Shown here: positions 1 through 10,825 of the stretch, piece after piece
Numbering within the stretch: the first letter of the stretch is position 1
Layout of the letters: each line of letters starts with the position of its first letter
Source of the DNA: an uncultured beta proteobacterium
GTDB lineage: Bacteria > Pseudomonadota > Gammaproteobacteria > Burkholderiales > Rhodocyclaceae
Length of the DNA: 64,000 nucleotides
Direction of reading: 5' to 3'
NCBI GenBank assembly: GCA_963810175.1
Contig: CAWEMU010000053.1
Span: 85,515 to 149,514, forward strand
The notes under the pieces: model-generated
The model's input: the letters and a program-made list of their open reading frames with translations, nothing else
Told to the model about the DNA's origin: nothing
Databases searched by the model: none
Made by a program: the position numbers and the translations under genes

Positions 1-2
1 TG

Positions 3-881
3 GATCTCCTGCGCACGGCAAATCCGGACGATGCCCGGGCGCTCCCCTTTCAGGCGCCACCCAGCCTGTTCAATGTCGGTATTTCCGGTTCACGGCGCTT
101 CGTTGCGCAGTCCTATTCGCTCACCCGCGTGCGTCAGATCGGCAAGGCTACCGGTGCCACGGTCAACGACGTTACGCTCGCCGTTTGTGCCGGCGCCTTG
201 CGCAAGTATCTGACGGCGCAACACAGCTTGCCGGAAAAGCCGCTGATCGCCATGGTGCCGGTCTCGTTGCACGGTGAAACCAGAAAGGGCGGCAATCAGG
301 TGGCGATGATACTTGCCAATCTCGCCACCCATGTGGCCGATCCGCTGGACCGTCTGCAACGTATCGTTGCCTCGACCGCCGCTGCCAAGGAGCGACTGGC
401 GAAAATGGCGCGCGTCGAAAAGATCGCCCACGCCGCGATGATGCTGGCTCCCATGCTGCCTGACATGATGACTGGTCGGGCGCGCAAGCGGCCGGCCTTC
501 AATCTGATCATCTCGAATGTGCCGGGGCCGACCAGCACGCTCTATCTCAACGGGGCGCGCCTCGACGAAGCCTACCCGGTCTCGATCCCGGCGGACTTCA
601 TGGCCCTGAACATTACGGTCAGCGGCTATGGCGACTGTCTCGGCTTCGGATTCACTGCGTGCCGGCGGGCAGTGCCGGCACTGCAGCGCATGGTCGATCA
701 TCTCGATGAGGCTTTCGCCGAGCTGGAATCGGCGCTCGGTGCCACCACGCCCGGTCCGGCAGCGAAAAGGTCGAGGCGGCCTGCCAACGCGTCGGCATTG
801 CCAGAAGCGCGCGCGGCAAGAGCTGTTGACGGCGGTCTGACGCCGCGTCGCCGTGCCGTCAGGAAGACGCCGACTTCGTGA
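3..881 (+). CDS. WS/DGAT family O-acyltransferase (5'-truncated by window edge)
   Basis: Frame open from position 3; motifs SGSRRFVAQS, ATVNDV, MVPVSL, GNQV, FNLIISNVPGP typical of the WS/DGAT C-terminal half. Confidence 0.9.
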   Translation, partial: DLLRTANPDDARALPFQAPPSLFNVGISGSRRFVAQSYSLTRVRQIGKATGATVNDVTLAVCAGALRKYLTAQHSLPEKPLIAMVPVSLHGETRKGGNQVAMILANLATHVADPLDRLQRIVASTAAAKERLAKMARVEKIAHAAMMLAPMLPDMMTGRARKRPAFNLIISNVPGPTSTLYLNGARLDEAYPVSIPADFMALNITVSGYGDCLGFGFTACRRAVPALQRMVDHLDEAFAELESALGATTPGPAAKRSRRPANASALPEARAARAVDGGLTPRRRAVRKTPTS

Positions 882-933
882 TCGCGACCCGGCGCGGGTG
901 TCGTCAGGTTGTCTGACTGGCGCTTCCGGATTC

Positions 934-1512
934 TCACTGCTTCGGCTGTAGCGGGTCTGTGGCAGATTGAGCCTCTCGCCTCTTCATCTCCGCGACGATG
1001 GACTGGAACTGTTCATCGACTTCGTGGCTCAGGAACGATACGCCGAACAGGCCGGCGATGATCGAGTCGAAGGCGAATTCGGCGCGGTACTCGATCCGGA
1101 CTCCGCCGGCACTGCCCGGAATCAGTTGCAGTTCGCTCTCCATGCGCTTCAGGGTGCCCGACAGATTCCTCGCGAGGATTTGCCGCGGCGGCTCCATGCG
1201 GATTTCCCGTTCGGCCTTGAACGGATAGGAAAAGATGCCGAATCTGGCGACACCCTCCTGCTTGACGATCAGGACATTTCCATTGCGGCTGACCACTCTG
1301 CTGGCGGTCAGGTTGCTCAGGATGCTGGCCATGTGATCGAAGTCGATCAGCACGTCCCAGGCGGTCCGCAGCGAGACTGGCGGTCTTATTGTTGCCTGCA
1401 CGACGAAACCGTCGCCCGACTCGCTGACTGCGACGGCGACCTCCTTTTCCGCGCAGTGTGCGCTGCCGAGGGAGAGAGAAATCAGCAGTGAAACGAGAAT
1501 GCGGATCGACAT
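934..1512 (-). CDS. SRPBCC/polyketide cyclase-dehydrase family protein with signal peptide
   Basis: N-terminal hydrophobic signal; AWDVLIDFDHMASILSNL START/SRPBCC-type motif. Confidence 0.75.
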   Translation of the reverse strand: MSIRILVSLLISLSLGSAHCAEKEVAVAVSESGDGFVVQATIRPPVSLRTAWDVLIDFDHMASILSNLTASRVVSRNGNVLIVKQEGVARFGIFSYPFKAEREIRMEPPRQILARNLSGTLKRMESELQLIPGSAGGVRIEYRAEFAFDSIIAGLFGVSFLSHEVDEQFQSIVAEMKRREAQSATDPLQPKQ

Positions 1513-1783
1513 GGAACTTGTCTCCGGAGCGTCAATGAAAGATGTGAGGCAAACGGGAGGGTTCGATGAGAACGCTACCAGCTCATGCTAGCGTGCTTTG
1601 GCTCCTTTGCAAGTTTGATTGAACGCCGGCGCCGTTCGAAACCATGCCCGAATCCGGGATTTCGGGCCGGCTACCGATTTTTCCGTCCACCCGTGTAAAG
1701 TGTCGGCTGTTTGGCGCTGGTGCAGATTGGATCGTCTGGACGCACGCTGCCGCGCCTGGAAGTCACGCAAAGGAGTTGTCAAG

Positions 1784-2230
1784 GTGGCAGAGTGGTATCT
1801 CGAGGATTTTTCTGCGGGGCAGACTTTCGGGTCCGGGCGCGCAACCGTTGATGGGGGCCGGATCAAATCCTTCGCTGCGGAATTCGATCCGCAGCCGTTT
1901 CATCTGGACGAAGATGCGGCGCGCGGCTCGATTTTCGGTGGCCTGGCTGCGAGCGGCTGGCACACCGCAGCGATCACGATGAAATTGCTGGTGGAGAGCG
2001 AACTGCGGATCGCCGGTGGTCTGATCGGTGCGGGGTTCGACGAGTTGCGCTGGCCGAGACCGGTGCGCCCCGGAGACGAATTGCGGGTTTGCAGCGAAGT
2101 GCTCGAGGTCCGTCCGTCGCAGTCGCGTCCGACCCAGGGCATGGTCAAGGTCAGGATCACGACCCTTAACCAGAATGACGAAGCGGTGCAGGTTTCCGTC
2201 AGCAACATCGTCGTCCTGCGCCGCTCATAG
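1784..2230 (+). CDS. MaoC family dehydratase
   Basis: GTG 1784 after AGGAG; YLEDF, FAAEFDPQPFHLD, ASGWHT, LRWPRPVRPGD. Confidence 0.9.
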   Translation: MAEWYLEDFSAGQTFGSGRATVDGGRIKSFAAEFDPQPFHLDEDAARGSIFGGLAASGWHTAAITMKLLVESELRIAGGLIGAGFDELRWPRPVRPGDELRVCSEVLEVRPSQSRPTQGMVKVRITTLNQNDEAVQVSVSNIVVLRRS

Positions 2231-2562
2231 CCTGGCTCGCCGGGCGGTCCGCCGCGGCCCGTATTCGGATATTTCTCCGATTGAGGCGGCAGGACCACTG
2301 TTGTCAAGGGCTCGTCAGATGATGTCCGGATTTCTATTCGACATTCGCTCCCCGGGGCCGCCCGATGCTTGACCAACCGCAACCAATCCACTGATACTTC
2401 GACACATTCCGGGCGGATCCTGACAGTCCCGCGGAATTGTGCCGGATAGCCAGGATGCAGCGCGGGGCATGATGTGAAACGGATTCACCTGTCAGTCCAG
2501 GTGGGCGGACGAGGGCCGAGCAAACGATCCAACGTCATGAAGCAGTTGAGGAAAACACGACG

Positions 2563-4161
2563 ATGAAGCAACTTTCGGGTACGGACAACCTGTTCCTTGC
2601 ACAGGAAACCGGCAATCAGCGGGCGCATGTGGCGGGTTTGGGCATTTACGATCCGTCGACCGCACCGGGCGGCAAGGTGCGGTTCAAGGACGTCCTCGAA
2701 TTCTTCACGAGCCGCCTCGACAAGTCGGCGGTTTTCCGCCGCCGCCTGGTGCGGGCGCCCTTCGATCTCGATCGTCCCTACTGGATCGACGAGAAGGATA
2801 TCGACATCGAGTATCACGTCCGCCATATAGCGCTGCCGCGCCCCGGCGACTGGCGGCAGTTGATGATTCAGGTGGCGCGCATTCACGCCCGCCCGCTCGA
2901 TCTGACCAAGCCAGCCTGGGAGGCCTATATCATCGAGGGTCTCGACAACGTTCCCGGCCTTCCCCCCGGCAGTTTTGCGCTGTATATCAAGTTTCACCAC
3001 TCGGCAATCGATGGCCAGGCCGGTGCGGCGCTGGTCGGCAGCCTGCATTCCCTGACGCCGGAAGCGGCGACAGTCTCCAGGAAAGTGGTCACCAAGGTGG
3101 TCGATCGCGAACCGACCTCCCTGGAACTCCTGGCACGGATGGTTGGCAGTCGCGTCGATCAGGCGGTGAATGCGACCAAACTGGTCGGCGCCCTGGCGCC
3201 GCTGGCGTTGCAACTGGGACAGAAGCAGATCGAAACGATGCTTCGCGGTACGTTGGGCGTAAACGCTGGCGAGGATGCCCGGGAAGCGGCCGGGGTCTCC
3301 AAGAAGGCCCCGCCCACCCGTTTCAACGGCCCGCTGTCGCCGCATCGTGTAGTGGACGCCATGCCGCTGCCATTGGAAGCTATCCAGAAGATAAGGGATG
3401 CGGTGCCGGGGTCCACGATCAATGACATCTTCGTGTCGGTAAGTGGCGGAACGGTGCGCAAGTATCTCCTGGCGAAGGGTGAATTGCCGGAGATCAGCCT
3501 CAATGCCCTGGTGCCGATGAGCATCCATGGTGAAGCCAAGTCCGGCGACCAGGGGAATCAGATCGGCATGGCCTTCGTGCCGGTCTTCAGCAATATTGCC
3601 GATGCCGGTGAACGCTTGCGCAAGGTTTGTCGCGGAACGACGAAGGGCAAGAAGGCCGTCAATTCAGTCGGCAGGGATCTGCCGGCGAGGATCTTCCAGA
3701 CGCTGCCTTCCAGGGCGGTTGATTTCGCTGTCCGTCACGTCCTCCTGCCGCAGTTCAATTTCACGGTATCGAATGTGCGCGGTCCGTCGACACCTCTCTA
3801 TATGGCGGGTGCCAAGGTCCACGCTTTCATGCCGGTCAACATGCTGCTCGACGGGATGGGCCTGAATATTACCGGCTTCAGCTACAACGGCGTGCTCTGG
3901 GTGTGCGCGGTTTCCGACCGCGCAATGATGCCAGACCCGGGATTCTTCATGGATTGCTTCCGTGAGAGTTTCGCCGAGCATCTTGCGCTGACCGTGCGAG
4001 AGCCCGAAGCTGAAACCAGGCCGGCGCGCCGGACAGCGCGGAAGGCTGCGCCCGTTGCGGAAGCGAGCCAACCAGCAGGCAAGCCGGCCGCCGGGACGAG
4101 CCCGGTAGGCAAGCCGGCGGTGCGGCGCAAGCCGCGCGCCACGACCGCGGATCCTGAATGA
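2563..4161 (+). CDS. WS/DGAT family O-acyltransferase (wax ester/TAG synthase)
   Basis: LSGTDNLFL N-terminus, catalytic KFHHSAIDG, TINDIF, FNFTVSNVRGP. Confidence 0.92.
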   Translation: MKQLSGTDNLFLAQETGNQRAHVAGLGIYDPSTAPGGKVRFKDVLEFFTSRLDKSAVFRRRLVRAPFDLDRPYWIDEKDIDIEYHVRHIALPRPGDWRQLMIQVARIHARPLDLTKPAWEAYIIEGLDNVPGLPPGSFALYIKFHHSAIDGQAGAALVGSLHSLTPEAATVSRKVVTKVVDREPTSLELLARMVGSRVDQAVNATKLVGALAPLALQLGQKQIETMLRGTLGVNAGEDAREAAGVSKKAPPTRFNGPLSPHRVVDAMPLPLEAIQKIRDAVPGSTINDIFVSVSGGTVRKYLLAKGELPEISLNALVPMSIHGEAKSGDQGNQIGMAFVPVFSNIADAGERLRKVCRGTTKGKKAVNSVGRDLPARIFQTLPSRAVDFAVRHVLLPQFNFTVSNVRGPSTPLYMAGAKVHAFMPVNMLLDGMGLNITGFSYNGVLWVCAVSDRAMMPDPGFFMDCFRESFAEHLALTVREPEAETRPARRTARKAAPVAEASQPAGKPAAGTSPVGKPAVRRKPRATTADPE

Positions 4162-4195
4162 ATTCCCGATTCCGCTTTTCCGGGTTCCATCTCGG

Positions 4196-5038
4196 TTAAT
4201 CCGTCCCGAGGCGATCGAGGCCGAAGATCCGGGACAACTTGGCGTCGAACACGGCGGTCGGCAGCAGTTTCTTGAGGAGCGGCAGCTTGACGCTGTTCTT
4301 GCCTCCGCGCACGACAATCGGCGGGGTTTTGGCGAGGAGGGCATCGACCACCGGCCGCACGAACTCCTCCGCCGGCGTGGCGTCGATCTGGCCGGCCTGG
4401 GCGCGGGCGCGCACGCCGTCCGCGACGGGGAGATAGAGCGAGCCAGGCGGCAGGCGCAGCGCTTCCTCGGCGTGGTTGCCGAAGCTCGACCGCACACCGC
4501 CGGGCTGGATGGTGACGACGCGGACGGCGAACGGGGCCAGTTCCATGCGCAGCGCGTCGGACAATGAATGGATCGCCGCCTTGCTCGAACAGTAGGCGCC
4601 GGCAAAGGGCGTCGCGAACAGGCCGACGATGCTCCCGACATTGGCGACCACGGCCATGCCGTTGCGCGCTGCAGCAGCACGCAGCATGGGCAGGAAGGCG
4701 CGGGTGACGGCGACCGGCGCGATCACGTTGGTTTCATATTGCCGGCGCAGGTCGTCGCGGCTCAGGTCGATCACCGCGCCGACCTGGCTGAAGCCGGCAT
4801 TGTTGATCAGGACGTCGACCTGACCTCCTTCGCTTTCGATCACGGCCGCGGCGGCAGCGATACTGGCGTCGTCATTGACGTCGATGGCCAGCGTGCGGAT
4901 GCCTTTCTCGGCGAGCGGCGCGAGCGCGGCAGGGCGGCGCGCGGTGGCAAAGACGGTGTGCCCGCGGCGGTGGAATTCGAGCGCCAGCGCGGCGCCGATG
5001 CCGCTCGAGCAGCCGGTGATGAGGATGATCTTCTTCAT
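4196..5038 (-). CDS. SDR family oxidoreductase
   Basis: TGCSSGIG, NNAG, YCSSK motifs. Confidence 0.93.
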   Translation of the reverse strand: MKKIILITGCSSGIGAALALEFHRRGHTVFATARRPAALAPLAEKGIRTLAIDVNDDASIAAAAAVIESEGGQVDVLINNAGFSQVGAVIDLSRDDLRRQYETNVIAPVAVTRAFLPMLRAAAARNGMAVVANVGSIVGLFATPFAGAYCSSKAAIHSLSDALRMELAPFAVRVVTIQPGGVRSSFGNHAEEALRLPPGSLYLPVADGVRARAQAGQIDATPAEEFVRPVVDALLAKTPPIVVRGGKNSVKLPLLKKLLPTAVFDAKLSRIFGLDRLGTD

Positions 5039-5267
5039 GGAGCAACTCTCCGGATTGCGGGTTGGTCAGCGCGTCACCTGCACGGCGGCAGGGACGTCCC
5101 GAGGCAAAGATAACATGCACCCCGGGCGGTCCGCGCTCCCCGTGACGGGGGCGGAAGGCGTGCCATTCACTGCGGGCTGTCCAGTGAGCGCTGTTGCGGT
5201 CGACCGGCCTGCAACGCCAGAATGCGTTCCAGCCGATCCGCTGCTCTGGTAACCTGCGAAGACGAAC

Positions 5268-7400
5268 ATGAACACTGGCTCCCGGAGCGTCGTTGCCATT
5301 CTGGCCGCCGCTTTTCCTTGTCTGGCCGCTGCTGATGCGGCGCCGTCGACGCTCGACCCGGTCGTGGTCACCGGCAGCCGCGTCGAACACAGCAGCTTCG
5401 ATCTGCCGGGCGCCGTCGATGTGGTCGATGCCGGGCGCATCGGCGCCGACAACGCGCGGGTCAACGTTTCCGAAGCGCTGGTGGCGGTGCCGGGCATCAC
5501 CGTCCAGAATCGTCAGAACTATGCTCAGGATCTGCAGATTTCCTCGCGCGGCTTCGGCGCGCGCGCCGCCTTCGGGGTGCGCGGCGTACGTCTGATAAGC
5601 GACGGCATCCCGGCTTCGATGCCCGATGGCCAGGGCCAGGCGGCGACCTTCAACCTCGATCGCGCCGAGCGCATGGAGGTCATGCGCGGCCCGATGTCGG
5701 CGATCTATGGCAACCATTCCGGCGGCGTCATCCAGCTTTTCACGGTTTACGGCGAGGATCCGCCGAGCGTCGAAACCCGCGTTGCGGCCGGTAGCTACGG
5801 CACCTGGAAGACCGACCTGGGGGCGCAGGGCAGGGCGGGCGAGATGGGCTACGTGCTCGACGCGTCGCGCTTCGCGACCGATGGATATCGTGAACACAGC
5901 GCCGCAGACCGCGACCAGAGCCTGGCCAAGCTGACGTATGCGCCCGATGCCGAAAGCAGGGTCATGCTCATCGCCAACGGCTTCTCGCAACAGGCCCAGG
6001 ATCCGCAGGGCACGACCTGGAAGCGGTTCACGACTGATCCGCGCAGCGTCGAGGAGGCGGCCCTGCTCTACAACACGCGCAAGAGCATCGATCAACTGCA
6101 GGGCGGGGCCAGCTACGAACGTCGCTTCGGCGAGGATATTCTCCAGTTCATGGCCTATGCCGGCCAGCGTTCGGTAACCCAGTACCAGTCCATCCCGCGT
6201 GCGCTTCAGTTGCTAACCGGTTCGACGCCGGCCAACGACCCGAAACGCCGGCAGTCCGGCGGGGTGATCGATTTCGACCGCGACTTCTCGGGCCTTTCGG
6301 CGCGCTGGATCGGGCGTTACGACCTGGGTGGCGGCCGGCTGACGACGACCATTGGCCTCGATTACGAAAGGGCCAGCGATGACCGCCGGGGCTATGAGAA
6401 CTTCGTCGGGGAGACGCTCGGCGTCAAGGGGGCGCTGCGCCGCGACGAGGTCAATAGCGCGACCAGTTTCGACCAGTACGTTCAGGCCGAATGGCTGATC
6501 GGCCAATGGAGCCTGACCGGTGGTTTGCGCCACAGCAACGCGACTTACAAGGTTACCGACAATTACGTTACAGACGGCAATCAGGACGACAGCGGCACCA
6601 TCAGTTACAACAACACGACGCCGTTGCTGGCGGTGCTCTACCGCCTGACTCCGACGCTCAACGTTTACGCCAGCGCTGCCCGCGGCTTCGAGACGCCGAC
6701 GCTGAACGAACTGTTCTACTCCGGGCCCGGTGGCGGCTTCAGCTACGACCTGAAGGCGGCGACCAGCACGCATTACGAAATCGGCCTCAAGGCCTTCATC
6801 GGCAACGACAGCCGGCTCGATCTCGCGCTCTTCGATATCCGCACCGCCAACGAACTGGCGGTCAAATCGAGCTTCGGCGGCCGCACCAGTTACCAGAACG
6901 TCGCGCAGACCACCCGCCAGGGCGTCGAAGTTGCGGTCGACAGTCGCTGGGCAGGCGATTTCACGACGCGGATCGCCTACAGCGGGCTCGTTGCCCGCTA
7001 TGCCGAACCGTTCGCGACCGTTGTCCTCGGCGTGCCGACCCTGATCGAGGCCGGCAGGTACCTGCCGGGAATTCCCGGGCAGATGCTGTTCGGAGAACTG
7101 GTCTGGCGCCAGCCGGCCAGCGGCTGGCATGCCGGGATCGAAGGAATCGCCCGCAGCAAGGTCTATGTCGAGGACAGCAACACCCAGCAGGCGGCGCCGG
7201 CCTACGCCATCGCCAACCTGCGCGTTGGCATCGAGGGGAAGAGCGGGGCTCTGCGCTACGGCGGCTTCCTGCGTCTCGACAATATTTTCGACCGCCAGTA
7301 TGCCGGGTCGGTGGTCGTCAGCGACGCCAACGGGCGCTACTACGAAGCGGCGCCGGGCCGCAACTGGCTGGCCGGGATCAGCGCCCGCTATTCGTACTGA
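5268..7400 (+). CDS. TonB-dependent receptor, YncD/PqqU-like
   Basis: Plug motif QNRQNYAQDLQISSRGFGAR...DGIPASMPDGQGQ as in E. coli YncD/PqqU; C-terminal aromatic beta-strand. Confidence 0.88.
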   Translation: MNTGSRSVVAILAAAFPCLAAADAAPSTLDPVVVTGSRVEHSSFDLPGAVDVVDAGRIGADNARVNVSEALVAVPGITVQNRQNYAQDLQISSRGFGARAAFGVRGVRLISDGIPASMPDGQGQAATFNLDRAERMEVMRGPMSAIYGNHSGGVIQLFTVYGEDPPSVETRVAAGSYGTWKTDLGAQGRAGEMGYVLDASRFATDGYREHSAADRDQSLAKLTYAPDAESRVMLIANGFSQQAQDPQGTTWKRFTTDPRSVEEAALLYNTRKSIDQLQGGASYERRFGEDILQFMAYAGQRSVTQYQSIPRALQLLTGSTPANDPKRRQSGGVIDFDRDFSGLSARWIGRYDLGGGRLTTTIGLDYERASDDRRGYENFVGETLGVKGALRRDEVNSATSFDQYVQAEWLIGQWSLTGGLRHSNATYKVTDNYVTDGNQDDSGTISYNNTTPLLAVLYRLTPTLNVYASAARGFETPTLNELFYSGPGGGFSYDLKAATSTHYEIGLKAFIGNDSRLDLALFDIRTANELAVKSSFGGRTSYQNVAQTTRQGVEVAVDSRWAGDFTTRIAYSGLVARYAEPFATVVLGVPTLIEAGRYLPGIPGQMLFGELVWRQPASGWHAGIEGIARSKVYVEDSNTQQAAPAYAIANLRVGIEGKSGALRYGGFLRLDNIFDRQYAGSVVVSDANGRYYEAAPGRNWLAGISARYSY

Positions 7401-7412
7401 GGCAAGCCGGGG

Positions 7413-8922
7413 TCAATCGTGGGCTGGCGCGAAACCGGGCGGTCCGGCCTGAGTGGCGAACACCTTCGACTCGGGATAGAGCTGGCTCAACGTCGATCCG
7501 AGCATGCTTTCGATGACGCGCACCAGCCTCCTTTCCAGCCAGTCCGAACCTGAGAGCGCTTTCCGGCCGCCCCAGATTTCGGCAAGTTGGCCCGACTGCC
7601 CTGCGACGGCTGCTTCGATGGTCGAACTCCAGTACGCCGGATGCTCCGAGCGGCTCCATTCGCCACGGCCCCTGCCGTAGTGCGCCACGGCCAGGTAAAG
7701 GAGCAGAGACTCCTTGAGTATCCTGTCCAGCGCCCCCTTCGCTCCAGCTGACGGTGGTGCCATCCTTGCCCTTGTAGACGTTGTAGCCCTTGGCGATGCC
7801 GGCAGCACCGAGGGCGCCAAGCCCTGCGCCGGCCAGTGCGCCGGCTCCCAGCGTCAGGCCACCGGCCATGAGGTCGGCCGCGAGTCCCGAAATGGCTCCG
7901 CCGAGGATCGCACCGACGGTCCCGAAGGTGCCCTCGTTCAAGGGTTCATCGACGCTCCAGTCTGCCGCCAGACGCTGCAACACTTGTTCCGCAGCGCGTC
8001 CCTTGAGTCCGTGGACGTCGATCAGTTGATCGGTCAGGGCACGCAGGGCTTTCGCAGCGCGCTCTTCCAGGGCCTTCATCGCGCACGCCTCGGGAGTCGG
8101 CTCACCGTCTTCCCCGATGCCGATCGCCCGACCGACCTTTTTGATGGTTGAGGAAATTCCACGATCCGCAACACGCTCGCGATCCCTGGCCAGGGCAGCG
8201 AGGTACCCGGCGATCGCTGCGGCAGACGCACGATAGGCATCAAGCCGCAGCGTCTTCCAGGCTTCCTGAATCGACTTGAAGGCAACCTGTTTCGCGCCGG
8301 GCAGGGCACTCGCGACGGCATTGAGCAAGGAGAATTCCTGAACCCAGCAGCGCGCGAACGCATCGAGCGACATGACCTCCCTGACGAAGCCGTACCGGGA
8401 AACGTAGTCACGCCACAGGTTCTTCTCGGCCTCCTCGATGTCTCTCGGGCGCGGCTCTCCCATCTGGTTGAGCAGGACCAGAACGGGCTTGCCGATCCAC
8501 GAGAGTATTTCCATTTCGGCAAGGACGTAGGCCGCGTCGGCCGGGTTCTCCGAAGCATTGACCAGGTACAGCACGACATCCGACTGGTCGCGAACGGTCT
8601 TCAGCACCTGCTGGCTGGACCACGAAGTCTTGTCCCGCCAGCGATCCCAGATTTCGGCGAGAAACCAGCCAATCGGATTGTTTCTCTGGCGCAGGCGCCT
8701 GGCCAATCGGATGCTGTCGCCAAACCCGGGCGTGTCCCACAGGGTGAGGACGTGTCCCTCCGGACTCCTGACCATGACATGGGGTTCGGAAACCACGGTC
8801 ACATGGGGCGCATCGCGAACTTCCCCGATGTCTCGACCCAGCAGGGTTCGCGCCAGCGTCGTCTTGCCGACGTTGGTATGCGAGACGAGACTAAGTTCGA
8901 TCGTCAATGTCGCGTCGCTCAC
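7413..8922 (-). CDS. GTPase-domain/DUF3482-type protein, frameshifted near 7740
   Basis: SHTNVGKTT (G1), DTPG (G3), Gly/Ala-rich hydrophobic hairpin; C-terminus (LLYLAVAHYGRGRG) continues in ORF 7413-7820. Confidence 0.8.
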
Positions 8923-10388
8923 CGGCGGTCCTTGCGTGAAGTGTCATTGGCGAACTCGAGTCCGGCAAAGGCTCGCGCGGCGTCAGTATCGCTCAGGTCG
9001 CAGAAGGCATGGGCAAGCGACGCGGCATCGAAGAAGCGGGCCCACAGCGCGCGCCGCTCATCCAGGCGCTCGCCCTGTTTCCCGAAGCGTTTGAGAAATG
9101 CACTTTCGTCGATGATGCCGACTACGGGTGGCCCCTGGCGGGTTGCCGCGCGCAGCGTCCTGAGCAGGACACCGTGGCTTTCTTCCTCGGGCGTCGAGGT
9201 CAGGCTGAAAAGGACAAAGCGGCCAGCAAGTTCAGGCGAGCAGATGGCGTCAGGAGGGTTGTCTTCCTGGCCGATCGGGATCGGATCGAGTATCTCCAGT
9301 CGGGCATCGGTGTCGAACAGTTCGTGAACGACCTCGTTCAACCCCAGCGCGACGCGCGGGGTGATCTGGTAGTTGTAGGGGACGACGACAACCCTGGCCT
9401 CGGCCCCCCGGTACCGGCGCAACAGGCGCTGATAGTATGCCTCCCGCAGATCGATCGGGAACTTCCGCTGCAGTCGCTGCTGCGCGAGCCATGCCCAGCC
9501 TGCCAGCAACACCCTCGGCAACACGACGACGAATCCGACCGTCAGCGCAATCCGGTGAATCCACGGAGCGGCCCCGACCCCGGCCGGGTGCTGCGCCAGA
9601 TCGAGCGCCGCGAGTTCGTCGGCAGCGGGCGGCGGAATGCCGAACAGCGAAGGGATCGCGCCGAGGACCGCCGTCACATACCATTGGACGACGCGGGCTG
9701 CAGCGGGGACGAAAGTGCTCTTCCATCCGGCCACGTACTCGTTGAAAAACCCCCGGTAATAGAGCGAGACAATGATCCCGGCGGCGAATGCGGCCGCAGC
9801 CAGGTGGAGCAACCGGCTGACGTAGGCTTTCGACAGCGGATACGAAACGCGACCCCAGTCGCTCCAGTACGCCGTCCGGAACGATGCATTGGCTGTATCG
9901 GGAGCCGTGCTGCGGAACCGGCCGACAACCGCGGCAATGGCCCTGCGCATCGGGCCGGGCGCCGCCGTGTGGCGGCCGAAAAGGCGGCCTGTCGCCTGTC
10001 CCAGGAGGAATGCGTAGACTCCCGTGTTCCATAGCAGAAGCCCGAAGAGCGGGAGCGAAGTCAGGTTGATGAGGTTGTCGGGGCCGACCTGGTCGACGAT
10101 CACGCCGGAAACCAGCGCCGACGCAACCAGCGCCCAGCCGAGCCACTGATGCCAGTTGGCTTCGGTTTTCAGGTGCGCCAGATTCGGCTGCCGCGCGGTG
10201 ATCCTCTCCCAGGCCAGCTCTGCGCGGCGCCGGATGAAAGTCTCGTCGCTGGCGTTCGTGCCGACTTCCTGCGCCGCCCTGTCACCGGCCAGCGCGGAAT
10301 CCGCCTGAGACCACGAATTCCCAGGCGACTGCGCGGCCGTTTCGAAGGCCTTGACCAGGCACACGGTTCGCGCCGAGTCCTCAGTCAT
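8919..10388 (-). CDS. DUF2868-type membrane protein
   Basis: Several TM segments, Y..GW.ST motif; 4-nt overlap with the downstream GTPase gene, a known pairing. Confidence 0.72.
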   Translation of the reverse strand: MTEDSARTVCLVKAFETAAQSPGNSWSQADSALAGDRAAQEVGTNASDETFIRRRAELAWERITARQPNLAHLKTEANWHQWLGWALVASALVSGVIVDQVGPDNLINLTSLPLFGLLLWNTGVYAFLLGQATGRLFGRHTAAPGPMRRAIAAVVGRFRSTAPDTANASFRTAYWSDWGRVSYPLSKAYVSRLLHLAAAAFAAGIIVSLYYRGFFNEYVAGWKSTFVPAAARVVQWYVTAVLGAIPSLFGIPPPAADELAALDLAQHPAGVGAAPWIHRIALTVGFVVVLPRVLLAGWAWLAQQRLQRKFPIDLREAYYQRLLRRYRGAEARVVVVPYNYQITPRVALGLNEVVHELFDTDARLEILDPIPIGQEDNPPDAICSPELAGRFVLFSLTSTPEEESHGVLLRTLRAATRQGPPVVGIIDESAFLKRFGKQGERLDERRALWARFFDAASLAHAFCDLSDTDAARAFAGLEFANDTSRKDRR

Positions 10389-10825
10389 TGGGGTCTGCCT
10401 GGGTCAGAAGCACGATCATGGTGGATGTTGCTGCGCGCACGGGACAAGGCAGCAGCTTGTCATATCTGCGCGCGCTTTTGCAAGCGTGTCGGGTGCCGAC
10501 ATCATTGCTGCGCCGCTTTTTCCGGGAAATATCCGGTTCACGGATAGCCGAGACGCTTGAGTATCTGCACGACGTCCGGGCCGATGTGCTCGTTGAAGCG
10601 GCACAGGCCGCCGCCCGGCGCCGGCCTGAAATCCCCAGGCAAGGCAGGGCAAGGGATTGCGTGACCAGCCGAAGCAGAACACAATGCGCTGGTCGCATGA
10701 AGTCGAACTGAATGCGCGCCGGTGTTGTCAGGTCCGGTCGCACCCTTGAAACACCAGAGTTGCACGACCCGGCAGGCCGCCGGCCGAATGCCTCTCGATA
10801 CGTTTTCCCAACCCAGGAGACAACC

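Noticed and set aside
10388-10711. Possible small gene between DUF2868 and DUF2092
   Set aside because: No clear RBS or family motif; cannot be supported from sequence alone
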